Below are positions 1 to 10,948 of a stretch of DNA of 64,000 nt, piece after piece; position 1 is the stretch's first letter, and each line of letters begins with the position of its first letter. The position numbers and the translations under genes are program-made. The DNA lies in the NCBI GenBank assembly GCA_950097015.1, contig CATNEN010000004.1, positions 248,001 through 312,000 of the forward strand, given 5' to 3'. Under the pieces are notes generated by a model. The model ran no database searches, was not told the origin of the DNA, and worked only from the letters and a program-made list of their open reading frames with translations. Source of the DNA: Macrostomum hystrix (Eukaryota > Animalia > Platyhelminthes).

Positions 1-1080
1 GAATTAGGTATTAAAGATTCAGATCAGGAATTGGGGATTAAAGATTCAGATCAGGAATTGGGGATTAAAGATTCAGATCAGGAATTGGGGATTAAAGTTG
101 AGATCAGGAATTAGGTATTAAAGATTCAGATCAGGAATTAGGTATTAAAGATTCAGATCAGGAATTGCGGATTAAAGATTCAGATCAGGAATTAGGTATT
201 AAAGATTCAGATCAGGAATTGGGGATTAAAGATTCAGATCAGGAATTGGGGATTAAAGATTCAGATCAGGAATTGGGGATTAAAGTTGAGATCAGGAATT
301 AGGTATTAAAGATTCAGATCAGGAATTAGGTATTAAAGATTCAGATCAGGAATTGGGGATTAAAGATTCAGATCAGGAATTAGGTATTAAAGATTCAGAT
401 CAGGAATTAGGGATTAAAGATTCAGATCAGGAATTGGGGATTAAAGATTCAGATCAGGAATTGGGGATTAAAGTTGAGATCAGGAATTAGGTATTAAAGA
501 TTCAGATCAGGAATTAGGTATTAAAGATTCAGATCAGGAATTGGGGATTAAAGATTCAGATCAGGAATTGGGTATTAAAGATTCAGATCAGGAATTGGGG
601 ATTAAAGATTCAGATCAGGAATTGGGGATTAAAGATTCAGATCAGGAATTGGGGATTAAAGATTCAGATCAGGAATTAGGTATTAAAGATTCAGATCAGG
701 AATTGGGGATTAAAGATTCAGATCAGGAATTGGGGATTAAAGATTCAGATCAGGAATTGGGGATTAAAGTTGAGATCAGGAATTAGGTATTAAAGATTCA
801 GATCAGGAATTAGGTATTAAAGATTCAGATCAGGAATTGGGGATTAAAGATTCAGATCAGGAATTAGGTATTAAAGATTCAGATCAGGAATTAGGGATTA
901 AAGATTCAGATCAGGAATTGGGGATTAAAGATTCAGATCAGGAATTGGGGATTAAAGTTGAGATCAGGAATTAGGTATTAAAGATTCAGATCAGGAATTG
1001 GGGATTAAAGATTCAGATCAGGAATTGGGGATTAAAGATTCAGATCAGGAATTGGCGATTAAAGTTCAGATCAGGAATCG
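1..1080. repeat. 27-bp minisatellite (GAATTGGGGATTAAAGATTCAGATCAG), probably inside an upstream intron of the ESRP gene
   Basis: About 40 tandem units; a 26-bp variant (AAAGTTGAGATCAGG) recurs at 97, 285, 473, 769 and 957. The array runs off the window edge and ends ~100 bp before the acceptor at 1185. Confidence 0.95.
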
Positions 1081-1185
1081 GGGATTTGGGACTCAGAACT
1101 GGAACCTACATCACTAAGGCTAAGCAGTAGTCTCCAAACACACAGCCAATTGTAGTTTGTCAATCAAACTCCCCATCTGTTGCAG

Positions 1186-1576
1186 CCGCAAAACCGACTC
1201 AGTGGACGACGAGACCGTGGTTCGAGCCCGCGGTCTGCCCTGGCAGGCCACAGACGCTGACATCCATAAGTTCTTTCGCGGCCTCAACATCCACCCCGGT
1301 GGCATCGCCCTGGTGCTATCCAAAGTTGGCCGCAGAAACGGCGAAGCTTTGATCCGCTTCGACAGTCAGGAGCACAGGGACATTGCGCTGAAGAAGCACC
1401 GGCATCACATGCAGCAGCGCTACATCGAGGTCTACAGGGCCACTGGCCGAGATTTTGTCGCCGTGGCCGGCGCCGATACGAAAGAGGGCGAGGCGTTTCT
1501 AGGAAAACTAGCCGAGCCAACGCAGAACCTGGTGCGCATGCGGGGGCTGCCGTACACGGTCACGGCCGAGGAGATT
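1186..1576 (+). CDS. ESRP: ESRP/fusilli-like splicing regulator, internal exon (qRRM1 and start of qRRM2); gene start lies upstream of the window
   Basis: Acceptor TTGCAG ends at 1185, donor GTGAGT at 1577. Encodes [42 protein letters not shown] and [16 protein letters not shown], the ESRP1/2 RRM1-RRM2 signatures. Confidence 0.9.
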
Positions 1577-3844
1577 GTGAGTGGCGCGCCTGCTGCTGTC
1601 CTTTTGTTCAAGCGCTTTCCAATCGTTGCACTTTTATAGAAAACTAGTAGTTTAAAGCAGAATATCGCGACCTAGGATTATGAAAATCGCGGAATAATTG
1701 TTCGTGCAAACTTCGGAACTGGACAAGACACACAGGTACTGATTACACACACTCTCCAAATAGGTGTCTCTCCCAGTGTCTCCAGTCTTGTAGAGTTATT
1801 TAATTTGAAAAATCGGATAAGAACCCGAGGCCTATGTGTGTCTGGGTGCAGCTGCTAGCCGGAACGGAAGGCCTTTCCTGGCACATGGCTTTATCCCAAG
1901 CCAACTGGGAGCCCGCACGTGCGTTGACTTACAGACTTACTGCCTCAGATCGAGTCCCCTTACCTAGCTCATAAACTGATTTCCCAGGCGCGTCAACCCC
2001 GCCAACCTTCCGATTCCTCTCCAATCGACCAGATAAGGCAAATGTTAGAGGAAAGAATTTTTTGTTTGCTTTGAGCAGCTGTTGAGCAGCCGGAACTGCA
2101 GCAGTAGGCGGGAGCGAAATTATCTTCCGTTTTTTCTACGAGTACTTAATCAGTTTTTGTCTTATCCTTTTTATTCTTCATGTCCTCTATTGTGTGTTCT
2201 GTATTACTTTCATACTACTTATTCTCAAAAGTAGTATGCAGTAGGTTTTGTGGGACATTAACTAAGGAAAATGAAAAAAATCACTCGCTAATTGTCTTTC
2301 TTCTTTTAGCGTCGTTGAACCGAATCCGAATTAAGCACCGAATTCTGTTGGACTGAGACAGCTCTGGTGTGAGTCCACAGTTAATTGGGGGCGAGGTTGC
2401 CTCTGTTAATTTATCAAATTTAGCCACTTACGGGAAGTTTGAGCTCACTATGAAATCTCTGGCCGCAGCAGCAGCAGCATTTGGCCTCCTGCAATGTTCC
2501 GTGGATGATTTTTTGGGTGTTTGCAGTTTCTTTTCCACGGTTGCTGGGCTAAATAAGTCGAGGCGCAAGGGTCGACGGCACTAACTCTCTTAGTCTCTCA
2601 TCTGCTCTCTTAGTCTGTCTCAGATCTTTCAGTTGAGCCGTGCATGAGTTCTGAACTCGATGGAATCTGGAGAGACAACTGCCCGCCAACATCCCCATGG
2701 TAACGCGTAGGACACTCGCACCAAGGTCCCTGAGTTCGATTCCGCATCGAGGCCACATTCATTTGTGCTGCAGCCGCGGAGCGAAGGCTTGAAGGTCTGT
2801 CGTGCAATTTACGCCCTTAAAGGCCAACCTCCAAAGCATAGTGAGAATGTGCTCTGCCTAGCGGTGAAAAGTCATTAAAAGAGCTATACATTTGATCCAT
2901 TGATACATTTTATACATTTGATACATTTGAATGGTGCATTGTGCATATGATGGACCACTACTCAGCAAGCTTTGGTTCGGTAAAGGTGTGGGTTTGGCGC
3001 GAAGTTGTCACTCGTGATTCTATACAATCAGAGCTCCTGTCCTGAGCTGTGTTTCTCATCTCTTCCTCACTCTTTCCTGTAATTTTAACTGTGGCAACAA
3101 GTGTTCAAGGCTGTCTGTTGGTTGCAGCTTGTGTGTTTACAGCAGGCAGTTGCTAGGTAGCTGAGTCTCTGCCCTCAGCCCCCGGTGGACCGGTGTTCAT
3201 TCCTAACAACAAAGCTGGTGCTCAGAGAGGTCCAGGGGCTGTCTGTCTGGCCGCATGTTTGGATTCGGTCTGATTTTTTTCGTAATTTTGTGTCAGCCAA
3301 AGTTGTCATGGCAACATATGGTCGCTGGGTGGTGCGACCTTTCTTTGAGGCGAGGTATTTTTTAATTGATTTTTAAATAAGTGAGATCGATTCTAGACTA
3401 ACTAGGAAATCCAGGTACCATGGCCATTTTTAATCACGTGTTTACTTTAGTACACAGTGTGTACTATTTTTGAATGGCTTATCATGTGCGTTCTCTTTGG
3501 TCGATTGAGGGTTGAGCTCTGTATGCACGAACTCCAAGTTATTATGGATCAGTCACAGCGGTGCATAAAACCATAGCAAACTGACAGTTCGCATGGAGTC
3601 ACGGAAATAGGCTTGTGTATTTCGAAACTACGAAAAATTATTTTCTTTTTGCGTCCAAAGGTTTTTGTTGCATAATTGAATGTTGAAATGGTAGGAATTG
3701 CACGCTTATGTGCTCAGTCATGACTCAACTAAAAGTCTGGTAAAGTGTTCTCGTGTCATGAGTGAACTCTTGATTTAAAAAAAAATTTACAAAACAATTC
3801 GTAGTAGCTGTATAGGTAAAACGAGGGAGAAGGGAGTTTGTGAG

Positions 3845-5225
3845 TGGCAGGGTGTGTGAGGGAGATGCAGGGTGTGTGAGGGAGATGCAGGTGTGTGAGG
3901 GAGATGCAGGTGTGGGAGGGAGTGGCAGAGCGTGTGAGGGAGATGCAGGTGTGTGAGGGAGATGCAGGGTGTGTGAGGGAGATGCAGGTGTGAGAGGGAG
4001 ATGCAGGGTGTGGGAGGGAGATGCAGGTTTGTGAGGGAGATGCAGGTGTGTGAGGGAGATGCAGGTGTGTGAGGGAGATGCAGGTGTGTGAGGGAGATGC
4101 AGGTGTGTGAGTGAGATGCAGGTGTGTGAGGGAGATGCAGGTGTGTGAGGGAGATGCAGGTGTGTGAGTGAGTCGCAGGGTGTGTGAGGGAGATGCAGGT
4201 GTGGGAGGGAGATGCAGGTGTGGGAGGGAGTGGCAGGGTGTGGGAGGGAGATGCAGGTTTGTGAGGGAGATGCAGGTGTGTGAGGGAGATGCAGGTGTGT
4301 GAGGGAGATGCAGGTGTGTGAGGGAGATGCAGGGTGTGTGAGGGAGATGCAGGTGTGGGAGGGAGTGGCAGAGCGTGTGAGGGAGATGCAGGTGTGTGAG
4401 GGAGATGCAGGGTGTGTGAGGGAGATGCAGGGTGTGTGAGGGAGATGCAGGTGTGAGAGGGAGATGCAGGGTGTGGGAGGGAGATGCAGGTTTGTGAGGG
4501 AGATGCAGGTGTGTGAGGGAGATGCAGGTGTGTGAGGGAGATGCAGGTGTGTGAGGGAGATGCAGGTGTGTGAGGGAGATGCAGGTGTGTGAGGGAGATG
4601 CAGGTGTGTGAGGGAGATGCAGGTGTGTGAGGGAGATGCAGGTGTGTGAGGGAGATGCAGGTGTGTGAGGGAGATGCAGGTGTGTGAGGGAGATGCAGGT
4701 GTGTGAGGGAGATGCAGGTGTGTGAGGGAGATGCAGGTGTGTGAGGGAGATGCAGGTGTGTGAGGGAGATGCAGGTGTGTGAGTGAGTCGCAGGGTGTGT
4801 GAGGGAGATGCAGGTGTGGGAGGGAGTGGCAGGGTGTGGGAGGGAGTTGCAGGGTGTGTGAGGGAGATGCAGGTGTGTGAGGGAGATGCAGGTGTGGGAG
4901 GGAGTGGCAGGGTGTGGGAGGGAGTTGCAGGGTGTGTAAGGGAGATGCAGGTGTGGTAGGGAGTTGCAGGGTGTGTAAGGGAGATGCAGGTGTGGGAGGG
5001 AGTGGCATGGTGTGTGAGGGAGATGCAGGTGTGGGAGGGAGTGGCATGGTGTGTGAGGGAGATGCAGGTGTGGGAAGGAGTGGCATGGTGTGTGAGGGAG
5101 ATGCAGGTGTGGGAGGGAGTGGCATGGTGTGTGAGGGAGATGCAGGTGTGGGAGGGAGTGGCATGGTGTGTAAGGGAGATGCAGGTGTGGGAGGGAGTGG
5201 CATGGTGTGTGAGGGAGATGCAGGT
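3845..5225. repeat. 19-bp GT/GA-rich intronic minisatellite (GAGGGAGATGCAGGTGTGT), with a 39-bp dimeric variant at its 3' end
   Basis: Tandem units are directly visible. The long minus-strand ORFs 3725-5854 and 3756-5336 are translations of this repeat. Confidence 0.95.
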
Positions 5226-5353
5226 TGTGTGAGCGAGCTTGTGAAGAGCGGTAAATTTGTCACACCAAAAAGTTTTGGGATTCTGGGGCAGCTGGTTGTG
5301 AGGGCTGGTAACCAATTCCGAACAATGTTCCGCCACCGCATCCCGAATTCCAG

Positions 5354-5776
5354 TTGGACTTTTTCCGCAAAGCCGAATGCCCGGTGCAGTTCGACTCGGA
5401 GGGCGTCCTGTTTGTCAACCACAAGGACGGCCGCGCCACCGGTGATGCCTTCGTCATCTTCGAGAACGAAGTCCTGGCCGAGCGCGCCTTGCAGAACCAC
5501 CGGCAGCACATTGGCAACCGCTACATCGAGCTGTTCAAGTCCACACCAGCTGAGGTGAACCAGGTGCTCTGCAGCTTCAAGAACCCGCAGCCGCATGACA
5601 ATGGGCACGAGAATCCGGCCAACGCGCCCGGCCTCCTGCCCTTCACGCCGCTGTCGCTGCTGCAGCCGCCCTGCTTCTCCAAGATGTTTATCCGCATCCG
5701 CGGCATGCCGGTGGATGCCAGCGTGGCCGACATTCTCAACTTCTTGGAGAGCCACTCGCAGAACATTGTGTTCCAG
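5354..5776 (+). CDS. ESRP: ESRP-like exon (rest of qRRM2, start of qRRM3)
   Basis: CAG acceptor at 5351-5353; phase-0 join gives EEI|LDFFRK. Contains DGRATGDAFVIF..IGNRYIELFKST. Donor GTGCGT at 5777. Confidence 0.9.
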
Positions 5777-5870
5777 GTGCGTCAAGGGCTTTCCCCGCCA
5801 AGTCTCTTGCTTCGCTAGACATACAGTTAACAAAGTCCGAATCACAAAACCCAAATCCGCAAACCGCCAG

Positions 5871-6581
5871 GGGGTCCACCTGGTCTACAACCACATCGGC
5901 CAGCCGGCTGGCGAGGCTATCATCCAGATGAGCTCCGAGTTCGCCGCCCACGTTGCCTGCGAGGCCAAGAACCGCAAGCTGTTTTACCTGCCAACCGGCA
6001 AGCGCTCCCAGGTGGATGTGAGCCAGTGCGCGCCACACGAGGTGCCAACAAACCTCGGCCTGGCACCTGCCGCCCTGGGCAGCCCGCCGAACGCGGCCGC
6101 CGCCGCCGCCGCCGCCGCTGCAGCCGCCGCCGCCGCTGTTCAACATCAGCTGCAGCAGGCGGCCGTTGTGGGCCAGTCGGGCCTGTTCCACCGGCCGCTG
6201 CTCAGCCCGGCTATGACCGCCGGCGCCCTGCTGCCAGTCAGCCAGCCGCATCACCCAGCTCCGCCATTCGGCCATCCGCAGCCGCTGTTTCACAGCCCGC
6301 AGGGGCCGCCTCCGCCGCCGCCGCTGCCCCTCATTCCCGTGTCGCGGCCGACCGCTGGTCCTTTTCCGCACGTGACGCTGTCTTCTCCCATGGCCGCTCC
6401 CGGCCTGCTAGCCAACACGCTGATGCCATATCCCTACGCGCCGTCGCCGCAGCAGCAGCCAATCATGTACCAGACTGGCATGCTCAACACGATGAACACC
6501 ATCATAGCCAAGGGCCTGCCCAAGGATATCGACTTTCACGAGATCTTGCGATTGTTCGAGTCAATCTTCGCTAGCAATCCG
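5871..6581 (+). CDS. ESRP: ESRP-like exon (rest of qRRM3, poly-Ala/Pro-rich linker, start of a 4th qRRM)
   Basis: A 94-bp GT..AG intron at 5777-5870 joins NIVFQ|GVHLVYNHIGQPAGEAIIQM, an ESRP RRM3 pattern. 711 bp in frame; donor GTGAGG at 6582. Confidence 0.85.
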
Positions 6582-6682
6582 GTGAGGGGTCTCCCCTGCG
6601 GGCTGTCCTTCTGTTGCTAGGGAGTTGCTATGACATTCGGAGTTGCAGGAATATTGAGAAAACTATCCTGAATGCACGTGCC

Positions 6683-7172
6683 CCCAGTGTACAATGCCCT
6701 CCATCCCCAGTGTGCAATGCCCTCCATCCCCAGTGTGCAATGCCCTCCATCCCCAGTGTGCAATGCCCTCCATCCCCAGTGTGCAATGCCCTCCATCCCC
6801 AGTGTGCAATGCCCTCCATCCCCAGTGTGCAATGCCCTCCATCCCCAGTGTGCAATGCCCTCCATCCCCAGTGTGCAATGCCCTCCATCCCCAGTGTGCA
6901 ATGCCCTCCATCCCCAGTGTGCAATGCCCTCCATCCCCCAGTGTGCAATGCCCTCCATCCCCAGTGTGCAATGCCCTCCATCCCCCAGTGTGCAATGCCC
7001 TCCATCCCCCAGTGTGCAATGCCCTCCATCCCCCAGTGTGCAATGCCCTCCATCCCCAGTGTGCAATGCCCTCCATCCCCAGTGTGCAATGCCCTCCATC
7101 CCCAGTGTGCAATGCCCTCCATCCCCAGTGTGCAATGCCCTCCATCCCCAGTGTGCAATGCCCTCCATCCCC
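6683..7172. repeat. 23/24-bp intronic minisatellite (CCCCAGTGTGCAATGCCCTCCAT)
   Basis: About 21 units filling most of ESRP intron 6582-7213. Confidence 0.95.
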
Positions 7173-7213
7173 AGCTGACTGACCCCCGCTCCCCTCCACC
7201 GCGCCGCCCGCAG

Positions 7214-7390
7214 CAAACCATTCCGGACATAAAGATCGCCATCGGGCCAGACGGCATACCATCCGGGGAGGCGTTCGTCAGCTTCTCCTCGCGACACGAG
7301 GCCGAGCGCGCCGTCAGCGAGTGCAACCGTCAGCAGGTGCGGCAGCATTGCGTGGAGCTCATGATGGCCCAGCAGGTGATGGCTGTCTAG
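7214..7390 (+). CDS. ESRP: ESRP-like terminal exon (C-half of 4th qRRM)
   Basis: Acceptor CCGCAG ends at 7213; reads QTIPDIKIAIGPDGIPSGEAFVSFSSRHEAERAV..CVELM to TAG at 7388-7390. Confidence 0.8.
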   Translation, partial: QTIPDIKIAIGPDGIPSGEAFVSFSSRHEAERAVSECNRQQVRQHCVELMMAQQVMAV

Positions 7391-10300
7391 AGTGAGCATG
7401 CGAGCAGCAAGCAAGGGATCGCATTGTCTTTTCTGGTCTGGCTGTTATCAGTGTTATTCTTCACGCCTTGAGTTTTTGCGTGACTTGCTTGTCCATTTCT
7501 CCTTTCTCTTAGAGGCGTAACTCTGCGCAGTTTTTGCTTATTTTTATTTTCTTATCCAATGCTTCTATTTTATTCGTTTTCCATGTCGCTCTCAGTAGCT
7601 TAGCAACGGGAATTTACATTGGATACGGGTGCAAAGCACAAGGTTAGGCAACAAATTTTACGCCGAAGAAGCACAGAAATCGAACGTTGTTTTTTTAAGG
7701 TAATAATTGCCGTTGCTTAGCAATCTCGCTGATTGACTCACCATTTTTATTTGATTTTCAATTTCAATGCTGTTTTAATTTTCCTTTTTTCTGTGCTCTA
7801 GTTTTCTGTGCAACCTGTCACTGTGTCTCCATGGCAACCGAGAGTGCCTTCAATGAAGCCTTGGGGCTGCAGTGCACAGCACGCGGGTCGCGCTTAGTGC
7901 TAAACTGACTGCGTACAAGCCTGCTATTACCTGTTAGTTAGTTTCTTAGTGTTCCTGCATTAATCCAGTCATGTTTTAGCTTTTTCTGTTAGTTTTAGAT
8001 TTAGCAGAACCAGCGTGCAATATTCACCTGCTTAGCCTCTGCAGCCCCGTTTCTACGAGCTATTAGCTGTCAATTTATCTAGCTGTGTTGTGCGCGCATT
8101 TACCACGAGTTATCTTATTGGCACCGTGTCATCCATTGCACATCGCACACCACTCATAGTACAGAGCATGTGCTCACATTCCCTGTTAAACTGTTTCAGT
8201 GTGTCAACTGGCCGGGTGCGCGTTGATTCCAAGCCGCATATCTATCTTTCCAATGCCGTATGCACTTTTAGTTTAGCCTGCCGACCACTCGGGGAGCTGC
8301 CCGCTCTCTGACCTTTATCTCTTTGTTTTTTTTAATTAGTTTTTAGATTTCTTTTATTTAAGCAGTTGATTAAAAATCTATTGTCTAAAAGACAGCAGAT
8401 ATACCAGTTTTTTTTATACAAAAACATGTTTTTCTGTCAACCTCCTCAGTCTCATATAGCAAAAACTTCCCACTTGTGCATTTTATTCTCACCTTATCCG
8501 TTCTGTTTATCCTAGCAACACGCGCGAGTTTAAGCTGAAAGAATTAGCCGCATCCGCCGCGTACACTGCAGGCGGGGTGCAGTTTATTTCTTTGCTTATT
8601 GTTCAATCCGTGTCTTCCACTGTGTACAGCTAGGCTCATGCTCACAATATGCTTATAAGCAACAGTTTTGTCGGAGAGAGATACTGACAGACAGCAACTC
8701 TTTGTTTTTTTTTCGCGCATTCGCTTTCTTTTTGCTGTTAATCATTTATTTATTTAGGTGTATAAAATTTTTCCTGACTAATTATTAATCGCGACGCTCG
8801 TTTCAGATAGTAAGAGCGCTGCATTCGAATTGGTGCCACAAAGTTTAAACAAATATTACGTTAGGTAGAGAGCAAAAATGTAGAATATAAAGTTTAATTT
8901 TACTTCTTTTACTTCAAGTACTTTTATTTTTTGCTACAGCATTAATTAAATATTTATAAGCAACTCACTAATCATTTGATGCATTTAGAAAATTCGTTTA
9001 TTTGTTATAATTTTGTGGCGCGAATTAAAAAAGTGATTACTTAATAGTTCAGGCCAAAAATAAAATTCATCGTACGCCTGTGCGCGTGTTATCTTTCGCT
9101 TTTTTGCCTCGGTCTCTCGTAGAAGCGGTGTTCCGTTGATTTGCTTAGCTTTGTTTTGCGACTCTCTGCTTCCTCATTTGTTAAGTTTTTATTTACCATA
9201 TACTACTACTCACTACTGTTATGCACGCTACTCACTACTGCTATCAAGCTGTCGTTTCAAATTCCGCTAGATTGGCAGTCCGTTTTTGTTTTCTTAAAAA
9301 ATGATAAAAAATAATACATGCACTTGATATATTTGCCTGGCGCACACCAGCTATTTAATCTACCTTTGGTGGTGGTCTTTGCTTTTCTACTTTTAAATCG
9401 GTTATGGGCCTACCTATATCCTACTCACTAACTTTTATCTACTCTATTAATGAGCTCGCGAGTCGACCTGATTTATTACCTGATTTATAGCTTGGCATTA
9501 CCTTTGTTTGGGGATCTGGTGCAGGTGAGGTGAGCATTTAATCATGAATTTTATTCAAATAGCTGGCGGCCGGACAGGCTGCAAGGTGGCGGCTAAGGTG
9601 CACGGATCGGATGCTGCGATCGCCAACAAAGTTTCGCTGTGAGAGTGAGAGATTTATGCAGAGGGAGACTGCAATCTGTACCCATCCACTCGAAGTTCTG
9701 CCAATTGCGCAAAGGCTGTGCTATACTAAGCATAAATGGACCATTTTACTCCTGCTCGCTGTACTTTTAAATTGTGATATATTATTAACACAGACACTGG
9801 CATATCCAATCAGATGCACTCCTGCTATGAGCCAAGCAATATTCGTTTCCTTTTATCAAACAAAAAGCGGACCAATGATAAGACTTGTTATTTAAAAATT
9901 TTTTTTCTATGACAAGCCGGAGTCGAAATATATCACTTCCCCGCAGAGACACAAGTTCTATACATTGTGATAATGTGTGCTACACACCCATTTTCTAGTC
10001 TCGATGGTTCTTATATTACTTCTTTCTTCTGCCCACCCCAGGCAGTGGCGTCGGCGTCATGGATACAAAATTTGAATTGAGCATAAACGAACAAAGAATT
10101 GAGAGAAGTAAATATATCCGAATAGTTAAATTAGCTTTGTCATTCTCGAAATTCGAGGCTTATAAGCTTGGGGTGGGTGGAAAAACATTTCGAAGTCAAC
10201 AAACCCAGAAGGAAAATAGTTTCTTTTGCTTTCCCTTCCTTAAATAAATGGTCTATAGACACATAGCTTGTATTATTTTAGGTCGCACACTTCGTATGTA

Positions 10301-10648
10301 CGTAAAATAATTCAGATAAGGAATCGAAACTTTAATTTGTGTTGAAAGTTCTGCTTAAGAAAATAGCCAGTAAAGAGAGACAAGAAATCTAATAACAATT
10401 GTACACCTAAACTTAGTGATCAAAAAGTTGAGAATAAATCAATATTTGTAGCTCCCATCAAAGTGCGGAAGTGCTTCATGCATTCTCAAAATTATAATTT
10501 GCACCCGAATCTATGCTGAGTCTCTAAGAAACAGTTTAACTGCATAGTACGTATTTTGGCGTAAGTTCAAAATCAAATCAATAATTTGAAAAAATGAACA
10601 GCACAAAAGCAGGTCCGCAGGTCGAATTTGAGTTAGCCTGCAGCGCCA

Positions 10649-10948
10649 TCACATTGGCTGATCATTGGGCTCCTGGACAACCAGCAGCAGGTAGTCGGGT
10701 GACGGCGCCACCATGATCTCATTGTTTTTTGAGCGAATTCGCAGGAAGGTCAAATCATTGCCGGGGTCGAGATCGCGCACCGCCGACTTGGCCTTCTGTG
10801 TCAGCTGCTGGATGAGCGCGCAGTACTGCACAGTGACGTCATTCTCTGCGAACGAGCTGCGAATCGGGATGCCGTCGTAGCTGACGATGATGACGCCAAT
10901 CACACCCCGGTGCGACAGGATGCGCTTGAATGTCTCCTCGACTTCAGC
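10649..10948 (-). CDS. DYNLRB: Dynein light chain Roadblock (LC7) exon, codon 2 to stop; no initiator ATG in this exon
   Basis: Acceptor TTCTCTTTTCAG, then [60 protein letters not shown], stop TGA at 10651-10649. This is the classic Roadblock sequence. Confidence 0.93.
   Translation of the reverse strand, partial: AEVEETFKRILSHRGVIGVIIVSYDGIPIRSSFAENDVTVQYCALIQQLTQKAKSAVRDLDPGNDLTFLRIRSKNNEIMVAPSPDYLLLVVQEPNDQPM

Noticed and set aside
2690-2780. tRNA or SINE-like segment with B box GAGTTCGATTCC
   Set aside because: No convincing A box, cloverleaf, tail or TSD.
3725-5854. Long ORFs (709 aa, 526 aa) and similar His/Pro/Ser-rich ORFs at 6614-7414, 17273-17860, 21610-22879, 29623-30882, 39007-39501 and 42107-43075
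   Set aside because: They are translations of stop-free minisatellite units or antisense frames of real exons, not proteins.
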